A stretch of DNA of 64,000 nucleotides from a virus. Positions 1 through 10,700 of the stretch are shown here, in pieces (position 1 is the first letter of the stretch; every line of letters starts with the position of its first letter). The stretch lies in IMG/VR virus record IMGVR_UViG_3300030090_006322, positions 1 to 64,000 of that record; one strand, given 5' to 3'. The notes beneath the pieces were generated by a model. That model made no database searches. It had not been told where the DNA came from and was given only the letters and a program-made list of their open reading frames with translations. The translations under genes were made by a program, and so were the position numbers.

Positions 1-1
1 T

Positions 2-3000
2 GGAAACATCTACTTCCAACCTGGAAATACCTACCGTGGTATTGTGCAGAATGATGGCAAAATGGGGGTCAATACTACCACCCCGAACTCTACATTACAT
101 GTCGAAGGAGATATTACTGGAGCGGGAGACGTTTTAGGAACAGGTGCTGGTAATCGTATAACTAATAACGGCACACCTTACCTCCTTTCAGGAGACTCTC
201 CTGCGGAGAATGACACTTTACAAGATGTTACGACTCGCGGCAACACAACAACGACTTCCATCCTTTCTACTGGACCGCACATCTCTGGAATCTCTGGATT
301 GTTTGGCGATAGAGTAGGTATAGGATTAAATAGCCCAGAAGACTTTAACAGTGAAGGGAATAGACTTGTAATTGGTGATGGAGTAGGAGCAGAAGGCTTG
401 ACAATCTTTTCTGGACCTTCTCATAGTGCGAGTGTACTTTTTGCTGACGGAACAGGTGGTAATTCATCTTACGAGGGTTTCATCCAGTATAGGCACGGTG
501 ATGAAGGATTCCGTATTGGTGCAGGTGGTGGTGCTAAGATGTTTATAGGCGCTAATAATACTGTAGGTATTGGCACTCTGGCTCCTAATGCAGAACTAGA
601 GATAGCTTCATCAGTTCCTACTCTAAGATTAACAGATTCTGATTTAACAAATCATTATAGTGACATAGAAAAAGCTGGAGTATATACTTATCTTTACTCT
701 AGAGCTAATGCTAGTAACGGAGGGTTTATATTCCTTGGAACCGCTGGAAGCACCGATACGGAGTTTATGCGTATCGATACCGATGGAGATGTCGGTATAG
801 GTAGTAATACTCCATCAGCAAAACTTGATGTCGCTGGAGGTATAAAATTATTAGATAATAATTACTTAACTTGGAATAGTAGTAACACAAGAATAGTTGG
901 TAACTCTTCTTACTTGCAATTTCAAGTTGGAGCATCTGACAAAGTTAGAATACAGAGTGATGGACATGTAGGTATAGGAACGACCACTGCACCAAGCGAG
1001 TTAACTGTCTTTAGCACTGATAGTAATAGTGCAACAGCAAGCGTCCATTGTATAAACAATAACGAAACTGGAGCTTTATTAAGGCTCATAGAGGGAGACA
1101 ACCATCAAGGGGGTTTTCTCCAGTATGATGGGTCAGCAAACAAATTTAATATTGGAGTTCATAGCACTAACGACACAACATTTGCGAATGATACAAAAGC
1201 AATTACGATTGACAGGGACACTGCACACGTTGGTATAGGAACAACTAATCCTTCTCATACATTAGATGTAGAGTCAGCAGATGAGACGGTAGCTTCCTTT
1301 AATTCTACAGATAATAAATGCGCCATAGCTCTTAATGATGATGATACAACAGTTTATGTATCTGCCGAAAACTCAAGGGGTGCATTGGGATTCCAAGCTG
1401 GATTACACGCAGATAATCTAAATATAGATACAGCAGGTAATGTCGGCATTGGAACGCACACCGCTACTGTTCCTGGGGGAACCGCAAAACTTTCATTACA
1501 AGCCTCAAGCGTCCCTTTGTCTTGGGGAGTAAGCTCTACCCAATTTGTTTATCATAGAACATTAAGTGCAAATAAATTCCAAATCCAAACACACTATGGA
1601 GGAAACGTAGGAGAGCTTCTCTTAAACTCTTATGGAGAAAATGACACCCCAGTTGGTATAGGAACTACTGATTGTATGCCAAATGTAAAACTCCATGTAG
1701 AAGGAGTTGTTTCTGGTTCGAATAGTTTCTTAGGCACTGGTGTTGGAAACCGTATAACGAACAATCATGTCCCATATCTCCTTTCAGGAGACGCGGCAGC
1801 AGCGCTTACGCTGCAAGACGTTTGTGATAATGGTAACACAACAACAACCTCTATTGGTATAGGGATAACGAGTCCATCTGAACAACTTGACGTTTCAGGA
1901 AATATTCTCGTAACTGGGGCTGGGAGTGCTGGCCCACACCTTAAATTAGCGGGGGCATACACTACTTGGGAGATCGAAAACCAATATGCTGGTGGAGCTA
2001 ATAATGACATGTTCCGCATTAGGAACACAGCATTAGGTTCAGATGCTTTAGTTATAAATAGAGGTAATAATAAAGTAGGAATAGGAACAACTGATCCCGA
2101 TCAAACTCTTCATGTTGTAGGGATTGGTATGATTGAAGATACCAGTTCCACTGCTTATGGAACACTTCAATTTGGAACTAATACCTCACGTTATATACGT
2201 GGTAATTCTGCTGAATTACAAGTTGGTTCTACGATACAGCAACTTCATTTCCAAAACACAAGTGCTGCTGGACAAATCGCCTCAAGCGCAGCAGACGGAA
2301 CAGACGCAATCCAAATACTTGCTAGAACTGTTCATACTTCTGCTAATATACTGGAAGTAGTAAATGGCAATGGAGCAGCGCCAATATTTGCTATCGATTA
2401 TACTGGTAATGTAGATATATCTGGACATGTCGGTATAGGAACCGAGAGTCCTCAAGCTGATTTACAAGTCACTGGAAGCGGTGTATTTGGCACAATCGGA
2501 TCTAATACCCCCAATTCTACTGTAACTGTAGCTGGATATGATAATTTTGGTCTTGATTTTAGAGCGCACGGGACTTGGACACACTGGAAAGCTAGAGTTG
2601 GTCACGGTAGAAACTTTGAACTCTATAACGATGGCACTGTTAACCAGAGACAAGTATTAGAATTAGGCAAAACAACAAAAGATAATGCTAGCGTATATGT
2701 AAGATCTACTGGTGCATTCATAGAAGCTGGCATGAATGCCGCCACAAGCATCCCTGTGGTTAGCATGGGTTGTTTGGCTGACAGCGATCATCTGGGAGGT
2801 GCTTACTTAGATGTTCGTGATGCTGTTGCTAGCACTCATAGATATGAGTTCAATAGAGACGGAACCTTTGTCGCCTCTGGAGTAAGTGTTTCTGGAGATG
2901 TCTTAGGAACTGGAGTTGGTAATAGAATTACGAATGACGGCACACCTTATCTTCTCTCTGGTGACTCTCCTGCGGAGACTCAAACACTGCAAGATGTTTG

Positions 3001-4723
3001 CGACAATGGTAACGAAACAACAACATCTATAGAAGTAGCGAATGGAACAATTATAAGCGGTAGCGCGGCCACCACACCCGCTGCCGATCTTTACGTTTTT
3101 GGATCTGGAAATGCTGATGTTATAAATGCAGTTAGAGAGCGTAACGATGCAAGTATTAAAGTTACAAGCCAAACCGCTGGAGCTTACTTTAGAACAAATT
3201 CAGCTACTCCAACCTACAATGGTATTGATCTTAATACTAATTGGTTTATTGGCCAATATGGATATAATGATCTAAGAATAGTTGATGGCACAGCGAGTGC
3301 AGGAGATGCCGCTGCCGCAGTTACAATCCAAGATTCTACTAAATATGTTGGCATAGGAACAACTAATCCTGATGTTATCTTGACAGTTCGTAAAAACGAT
3401 ACTGTTGGCCCGACGATAGGATTACATAATTCGGAATACCAAGCTTGGATAAATTCTTGGGGGTCCACTGCGGCAGCAGGTAGACAATCACGATTTGAAA
3501 TTAATGCTGGTGCTACAGATTTTGCAGCAGGTGCTACTACAATAAGATTTCAAACACCTAATGTCGGTGATTCTAATGAAAGAATGAGAATCGACGCAGA
3601 TGGTAATGTTGGTATCGGAACAAACGCACCTATAACAAAACTTGTTGTAGATACCCCTATGACTCGCGGTCAGACCAATCCAAGCGGTTTGATTGTGACC
3701 GACAGCGCAAATGGAGCGATGGCATTAGAGATGGGTGTAGATAGAACATCAAGTGCTTCTTACATTGAATCTCGGCATACTGGTAGCAACACTAATTATA
3801 CCTTATTATTAAACCCCTCTTACGGAAAAGTTGGTGTTGGAACAACCAGCCCGACTTCTAAATTTGAAGTTGGAACAGTTGCCTATGGGACTAATAGTAT
3901 CGCAAAATTCTGGGATGGGACAGATGGAGTTGAAATAACTAATAGAGGAGCTTCAAGACAACAAATTGATTTCTTAGGTTCTAATACTTCTGCTATAAAC
4001 GCAAAAGGTTCTCTGTTTATCAATTATGATTCAGATAATGGTGGATCTAATGATACTATAACATTTGCCAGAAACGGAGTAGATGAGGCTGGCACTGTTG
4101 ATATGGTTATCACAGAGGGCAAAGTAGGCATAGGAACCGCAACTATAACTCAAGGAGATGTAGAAATTTACAAGAACGGCGCTGACGCAGAGTTATGCAT
4201 ACATGAAGATGCTGGGACTCACGAAGCAAGGTTACATTTAAGAAGAGGGGGTTCTGATTGGGACATTATAAACAATAATCAACTTGCTATTGAGACAGAA
4301 GGCACCGAAGTCTTTAGGATTACGACCGTGGGTAATGTCGGTATTGGAACCTCATCACCAAGTAATGCTCTCGATGTTGTCGGTCATTTCTCTGCTACCA
4401 GCAAGTCCTTCTTAATCGACCACCCAACCAAAGAAAACAAAAAACTTCAATACGGCTCTTTAGAGGGACCAGAAAACGGAGTTTACGTCAGAGGGACAAC
4501 AGATGAAGAAACAATAGAGCTTCCAGAATACTGGTCAGAGCTTGTGCATGATGAATCTATAACTGTTGTTTTAACACCGATTGGCAAAAAACAAGACTTA
4601 TTTATAATTAAAAAATCAAATAAACTAATAAAAATAGGAGGAGTTGAGGGTTCTTTTGATTATGTAGTCTACGGAGAACGCAAAGATATAGATAAACTAG
4701 AGGTGGAACCATTAAAAGTGTAA
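2..4723 (+). CDS. Giant tail fibre/spike protein 1 (5'-truncated), with GxVGIGT repeats and a C-terminal KSFLIDHP domain
   Basis: The frame is open from nt 2 (GNIYFQPGNTYRGIVQNDG...), so the true start lies upstream of the window. It has about 16 G[N/D/K/H]VGIGT-x-x-P repeats and is G/S/T/N-rich. The C-terminus KSFLIDHPTK...SLEGPENGVYVRG...LPEYW...YVVYGERKD is typical of aquatic phage fibre termini. Confidence 0.8.
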   Translation, partial: GNIYFQPGNTYRGIVQNDGKMGVNTTTPNSTLHVEGDITGAGDVLGTGAGNRITNNGTPYLLSGDSPAENDTLQDVTTRGNTTTTSILSTGPHISGISGLFGDRVGIGLNSPEDFNSEGNRLVIGDGVGAEGLTIFSGPSHSASVLFADGTGGNSSYEGFIQYRHGDEGFRIGAGGGAKMFIGANNTVGIGTLAPNAELEIASSVPTLRLTDSDLTNHYSDIEKAGVYTYLYSRANASNGGFIFLGTAGSTDTEFMRIDTDGDVGIGSNTPSAKLDVAGGIKLLDNNYLTWNSSNTRIVGNSSYLQFQVGASDKVRIQSDGHVGIGTTTAPSELTVFSTDSNSATASVHCINNNETGALLRLIEGDNHQGGFLQYDGSANKFNIGVHSTNDTTFANDTKAITIDRDTAHVGIGTTNPSHTLDVESADETVASFNSTDNKCAIALNDDDTTVYVSAENSRGALGFQAGLHADNLNIDTAGNVGIGTHTATVPGGTAKLSLQASSVPLSWGVSSTQFVYHRTLSANKFQIQTHYGGNVGELLLNSYGENDTPVGIGTTDCMPNVKLHVEGVVSGSNSFLGTGVGNRITNNHVPYLLSGDAAAALTLQDVCDNGNTTTTSIGIGITSPSEQLDVSGNILVTGAGSAGPHLKLAGAYTTWEIENQYAGGANNDMFRIRNTALGSDALVINRGNNKVGIGTTDPDQTLHVVGIGMIEDTSSTAYGTLQFGTNTSRYIRGNSAELQVGSTIQQLHFQNTSAAGQIASSAADGTDAIQILARTVHTSANILEVVNGNGAAPIFAIDYTGNVDISGHVGIGTESPQADLQVTGSGVFGTIGSNTPNSTVTVAGYDNFGLDFRAHGTWTHWKARVGHGRNFELYNDGTVNQRQVLELGKTTKDNASVYVRSTGAFIEAGMNAATSIPVVSMGCLADSDHLGGAYLDVRDAVASTHRYEFNRDGTFVASGVSVSGDVLGTGVGNRITNDGTPYLLSGDSPAETQTLQDVCDNGNETTTSIEVANGTIISGSAATTPAADLYVFGSGNADVINAVRERNDASIKVTSQTAGAYFRTNSATPTYNGIDLNTNWFIGQYGYNDLRIVDGTASAGDAAAAVTIQDSTKYVGIGTTNPDVILTVRKNDTVGPTIGLHNSEYQAWINSWGSTAAAGRQSRFEINAGATDFAAGATTIRFQTPNVGDSNERMRIDADGNVGIGTNAPITKLVVDTPMTRGQTNPSGLIVTDSANGAMALEMGVDRTSSASYIESRHTGSNTNYTLLLNPSYGKVGVGTTSPTSKFEVGTVAYGTNSIAKFWDGTDGVEITNRGASRQQIDFLGSNTSAINAKGSLFINYDSDNGGSNDTITFARNGVDEAGTVDMVITEGKVGIGTATITQGDVEIYKNGADAELCIHEDAGTHEARLHLRRGGSDWDIINNNQLAIETEGTEVFRITTVGNVGIGTSSPSNALDVVGHFSATSKSFLIDHPTKENKKLQYGSLEGPENGVYVRGTTDEETIELPEYWSELVHDESITVVLTPIGKKQDLFIIKKSNKLIKIGGVEGSFDYVVYGERKDIDKLEVEPLKV
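118..262 (+). repeat. Fibre linker repeat copy 1 (GDVLGTGxGNRITNxGTPYLLSGD...TLQDVxxxGNxTTTSI)
   Basis: A ~45-aa module that recurs at ~1710-1855 and ~2890-3030. A degenerate copy (TLQTVTDRGATTTNSI) lies in fibre 2 at ~5550-5647. Confidence 0.8.
1710..1855 (+). repeat. Fibre linker repeat copy 2
   Basis: SGSNSFLGTGVGNRITNNHVPYLLSGDAAAALTLQDVCDNGNTTTTSI. Confidence 0.8.
2890..3031 (+). repeat. Fibre linker repeat copy 3
   Basis: SGDVLGTGVGNRITNDGTPYLLSGDSPAETQTLQDVCDNGNETTTSI. Confidence 0.8.
4717..4723 (+). promoter_or_regulatory. AGTGTAA motif (candidate phage late promoter) upstream of fibre 2
   Basis: 9 nt before ATG 4733; the same motif precedes seven other genes. Confidence 0.55.
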
Positions 4724-4732
4724 TAAAATACG

Positions 4733-7700
4733 ATGTCTAATATTGTAATTAGCCCACAGTCAGGCGTAATAGAATTCAATAATAATTCTCCAAGTGGAGC
4801 AGCTATTGGGTCTGCTACAGCGCCCATAAGACTAGATGCCACTGGTGGTAATAGTTTTATTACTGGTGGTAATCTTGGTGTGGGGATGACTGCTCCTCTA
4901 TCAGCCCTTCATGTTTATGGGGATGGAGGAACTGCGGCGAGGATAGATAACGGAGCTTTAAAAATTAGATATCCAGGAAATAATGATGCTATAACTATAA
5001 CTCCCTCTGTTGGGAATGAAGGTAGAATATTAGCCTCTGATCCAGATACTGCGTCTCCTCACCCATTAAAGATAGCTGGTGATTATGTAAGAATTACTAC
5101 AAGTGGAAATGCTGCTGCAACTGAAGTAGCGAGATTTACAGCAGACGGTAAAGTCGGGATAGGAATAACTGATCCTGATGCTTTTCTTGATGTCTCTAGA
5201 GATAATAGCAACGCTGGTAATCAATTTGTTGTTGCCGACACTGAAGGTACTAGTGCAGCGATAAGAACTTACACACATGGTGGAGACCCAGCAGGTTTAA
5301 TATTAAATCACTACTATGCCGAAGCTGGAGGAGGAAATGAGTATGCACGTTACGCTGATTTTGTCTCAAACGTAGGAAATGGTGCTGGCACAAAAATACG
5401 ATTTATTACTAAAAATGCCGCAAATAATTACTTCGCGACTACCATAGATAAAAATGGTAGTGTTGGTATTGGATCAAGCAGTCCCTCTTATAAACTCGAC
5501 GTTAATGGAACAATACACGGCACAAGCGGTAACTTCGAAACAGCAATAACTATTAATGGTAATCCTGTTATTACTGGAAGTAGTGCGTCAGAAGGAGATA
5601 CTCTTCAAACTGTTACTGATAGGGGAGCGACTACGACTAATAGCATTCATTTAGATAGTGATTCAGCTCAATTACAGTTTGGTGATGCTAATAATATGCA
5701 GATCTCTCATAATAGTGCTAAAGGTGAAATTAATGTCGCCGCAGGTGACTTTGAAATCGATTCAGCAGGAGATATTATTCTTGATGCCGATGGTGGTGAT
5801 ATCTTAATTAAAGATGGTGGCACCCAGATAGGACAGATAAGTAAGGACATTAGTAGTTCAAACTTTGTTATTAAATCATCTGTCAGTGATGCTGATTTAG
5901 AGTTTAAAGGAGTTGACGGTGGTGCGAATATCACAGCCATGACCATTGATATGTCAGCAGGTGGTAATGTTGGTATAGGGACAAGTAGTCCAGACGGCAT
6001 CCTTAATACAAGTGGTGGTCACGTTTTATTTCAAGGACTCAATAAAGGTTATGTAAGAGTGCGAACACAAAGAGCAAACACTTCAGATTATGCTAATGTA
6101 AGCTCTTCTATTTTGACTTTAAACAATTACTATGCCACTCAAGAATATGGCCTTTACGCAACAAATAGTAATAACTTTAGAATTCAGCAATCAGGAAATG
6201 ATGGGTATTTAGAATTAGACACTAATGATTTTACATTAAGTGGTATTCGTCTTGTATGCGATATAGCAAACCAAGCGCCAACAAATTTAGCTATTAATTT
6301 AAGAGATGAAAATGCTGATGAGGTAGGCTTCTATTCCCCCGCTACAAATGAAATAGGTTTTGTTACTGACAGAACCGAAAGGATGCGGATTGATAACAAT
6401 GGCAAGATAGGAATAGGAACCACTTCTCCTGCTGATACTCTTCAGGTAGCAGGACAAGTAAGAATTGATGGTTCTACTACAGATGGACTTACAGTCACAT
6501 CTAATGCGGGGGCAAGTCAGGGATTATTAATTTATAATAATTCAAACACAGATACAGCTAGTATTATAAACTATTATGATGGACCATTAGTTTTGGGGCA
6601 GAATAATACAGAAGTCATGAGGCTTCATAGTAATGGCAATGTCGGTATAGGATCAAATAGTCCTACTGATACTCTTACCATTAATCAAACTGCTGATAGC
6701 AATGGTATTAGAATAAATGGATATGATGACCATTCATCTTCTTTTGCAAAACTTTTTGTAAAAAGTAATGGTCATACAGAACTTTCACAAAGCACAAATG
6801 GTGCTGATGGTTACCTTAAGTTAAGCGCAGAAAATTACCTTCAACTTGCTGCTGGGACATTTGTTTATACGGACGATCAGTTCAGAATTTATGATGCTGG
6901 TCAATTATCACTGGGCAATGGAGCAGATTTCTTCTTCAAATATGATAATTCTACTGATAAATTAAAGATACACTCTAGCACTAACGATGGTATCACAATG
7001 GATACCGCTGGCAATGTAGGCATAGGCACTAATAATCCTACAGGCACATTACACGTTTACAATACCAACACGACTTCAGATGGCGATGGCACTGCGACTA
7101 TGAATGCCACTGGGCAAGATAGTATTGTGCTTTATGGTCATGGAGGAGTTGACGAAGCAACTTACGGTGGAATCAGTTGGATGGGTGGGTCAACTCGCCG
7201 TCGAGCTATGATAACAGCAGTAGCGGAAAACACCGATCAAGATCACTTAGGATTAGCATTTTATACTCAAGGGACGGATGGCCCAGGAGACTTTAGTGAG
7301 TCCATGCGTATAACAAGAGACGGTGATGTTGGTATAGGAACTACTTCAGTAAATGCTGGCATAGGTTTACAGGTAGCTAATGGTAGCCTTTATGTAACTA
7401 ATGGCATTGGTTATATTAAGCACCTTGAAGCACAGTATTTTGGTAACGGGACAGAGTTAAAGTTATCCGCTGGTCAAAGTGCAGATCTCAAATTAATGCA
7501 CTACAATACTGTAGATGTTACTGTTAAGTCTGATGGTAAAGTGGGTATAGGGACTACAGGTCCATCAGGAGTTTTGGATGTTGGGGGAGATGGAGCAGAT
7601 ATATTTTTACATTCTAATGATTACAAAATAGCCCGTATACAGCCAAGAGGAACATCTGCTGATTTAGATAAAGGTTTATTCTCTTTGTTTTCCACTACAA

Positions 7701-10700
7701 CAGAAACGGTTAGAATTGATTCGGCAGGTAGCAGTTGGTTTAATGGCGGTAGTGTCGGTATAGGAACAGATAATCCACAATCATATCTAGATGTAAAAAC
7801 TCAAATCCGTGTCCGTGATTCAAATTCTGATTCTACTCATGTTCTTTTAGATTCTAATGCTAGTGAAGGTAGGTTAAGATTAAACAATGGGTCGAACTGG
7901 GGTTTGATAGCAAGAGGTCAAGCTAATAACCCATATTTAGGTGCTTACGAAGGAGGCAGTTTAAATATAGTAGGATTTAGCACTTCAGATGGAGCTAATA
8001 TAGATCACACGTTAACACAATTTGATTTTGGTAATCAAAGAGTTGAAATCGACCAATACACAGTAGGATCAAACGGAAGCCAAAGTGTTTATGGAAAGTT
8101 AAGTAGTTTCGCTAATAGTAATACTGATAATATATTTTTAGGATTAAAGAATGGATCTTATCCGAACAGGGGATTCGCGTTCAGAACCGTAGCAGATGGC
8201 GTTAATTGTGATTTTACTATTTATGAACACGGGCTTGGCTCGGCAGAAGTATTTAGAATAACCTCTGAAGGTTATGTTGGCATAGGAACCGATAATCCTG
8301 TATATGCCCTTACTATAGGAGGTAACGCCATTGGTAGCACAGGAGGTTTAAGAATAAACGATCCTTCAAATGCAGCATATGGCGCTCATTTTAGTTTTGC
8401 TGATACACCCAATGAAGTTCACATCGGTGGAATCACAAATAATGTTTATAATGATGCAATAGGCATATATAGGGAGTCAACTAGAACAATAACTATAGAT
8501 AGTTCACAAAGAGTTGGTATAGGGACAACTAGTCCATCGCAGTTGCTAGATGTAAATGGAGATGCCGCTTTCGCGCAATATCTCTACCATCAAGGAGATG
8601 AAGACACTAACATTAAGTTTGTTAATGATGACTTCATGATCAATGTTGGAGGAGCTACTTTCTTCAGGGCTACAGAGACAACACAAAACACAATAAAGCT
8701 TAATTCTGACAATGAAGATACAGACTTTTATCTTTATGGTAATAATGCCACACCCGCCCTCTTTATGCGGGGATCAGATAGAGAGATAGGTATAAATACT
8801 ACTAACCCCACAGCGAGTCTTCATGTTGTAGGAAACGCAAGTATTAATGGAGCTTCTAGTGATGGCGTATTAACAATAAATAACGCAGCGGGATCTCAAA
8901 GTCTTCGCATAGATCAAAACAGCATTAGAACTACCACTGATAATAATTTAACTTTATTTAGTAATGGGACTAGTTCACAATTAGTTTTAGAGAATGGTGG
9001 CAATGTAGGAATAGGAACAAATAATCCTGCTTACCAATTAGATGTCATTAATTCCGATGGTGGCACTTTAGCTAGGTTTAAAGATTCAGACAGTTCTCAC
9101 GCTGGTCTTATCATTCAAGGAGATACAAACGGAGGATCAATAACAAATAATACAGCATTTACATCAGAAGTTATTTATCTACAAAACAGTGCAAACGCTA
9201 TGCGTTTTTACACTGATGGAACTGAAGCAGTTAGAATAGATAGCTCACAAAGAGTCGGTATTGGAACAAACAGTGTTAATGGGTTTACTCACATTAATGG
9301 CAGAATGCTTGTAGAAAGCCCAACCGTTCCTTCTACTTTAGCAATATCAGACTCTGGAGATGCGACTAAAAATCTAAGATTAGGCTATGAGCCTACTTGG
9401 GACGTAGGAAGTATTTCGGCTTCTGATTTTGGTGCAGGTTGGAAAGACATCGTTATAGCACCCATTGCAGGTAAAGTTGGGATAGGAACAACTGCCCCGC
9501 ATCAAGCACTCTCTGTAAAAGGCACAATAGTTAGCTATAATAGTTCATATGTTCAAGTTGCTGGAATTACTAATTCCAGTGATGCTGGTAGACTCTATGC
9601 AAACAATGCTGGAGGAGTAACAAATGTTTTACTTGATTCTAATGGAGATAGTTATTTAAAGGGCGGTGATGTTGGTATAGGCACAGCTACTCCAGATGCA
9701 AAACTTGATGTTGAAGGGAGTATGCAAGTCAAAGGTGATGCTAGTTGGGCTGGAACAGATAGTCAGGCTGGCGCTATATTCATGGATACTGATGGTAGAG
9801 GATTGCTTGGTGCTTTCTCTACTAATTATGCAAGACCTCTAATTACAGCTAATAGTAATTACATAGATCTTGGTAGTGCAGGAACCAGTTTAATTAATGG
9901 TTTTAGATTTTACGCAGGAAGCGCTAGCTCTTCTGTTGGAACATATGATTTCTATACAAGTGGATCTAATAATAGATTACATATCGCAAAAGACGGAAGC
10001 GTTGGTATAGGTAGCGCTAGTCCAGTGCAGAAACTGGATGTTGCAGGAGTAATTAGATCAAGCGTTACATCTAGGATTCAAGCAGACACTTATAATAACT
10101 CTGCAAACAGCGCAAATATAATTTACCGTTCTAGCTCAAAAACTATTGTAGGTAATAACGCAAGCGCTTTGGTTATCGAAGACGGAGGAGATGTTGGCAT
10201 TGGAACAACTAATCCCGTTACTAAACTTGAAGTCCAAGACTCTGCTGGCGCACCTATGTTGCAACTGCGTCCAAATGCAGCCTCTACAGACCTTAATCCT
10301 ATTATATTATACAGGAGTCAGTTAGATGGTTCTGCAAACTATATGCTTTGCGAAGGAACTTCGACTTACTTTGGAACATATCATGGAGGTGTTCCAAGTG
10401 ATAAGTCCGAAATGATCCGAATACTTCCGAATTCTTCGGATTCTCCTTCTTTAAGAATAGGTGACGCAGGATCTACTGCCGCTAATTTACAAGTTGGAGG
10501 GAATATAAAATTATTAAATAATGGAGCCAGCTACATTAATGGTGGCGATGTTGGAATAGGGACAGCAACTCCAGCGCAAAAGCTTCATTTAGAGTTTTCA
10601 AATACTGATACAAGTTTTGCTGGAGGTGGAGGTGGATCTTGGGGCAGTGAAGGACTGTTGATAGAAAACACCAGTTCGACTGCTGATACGATGTCTATCA

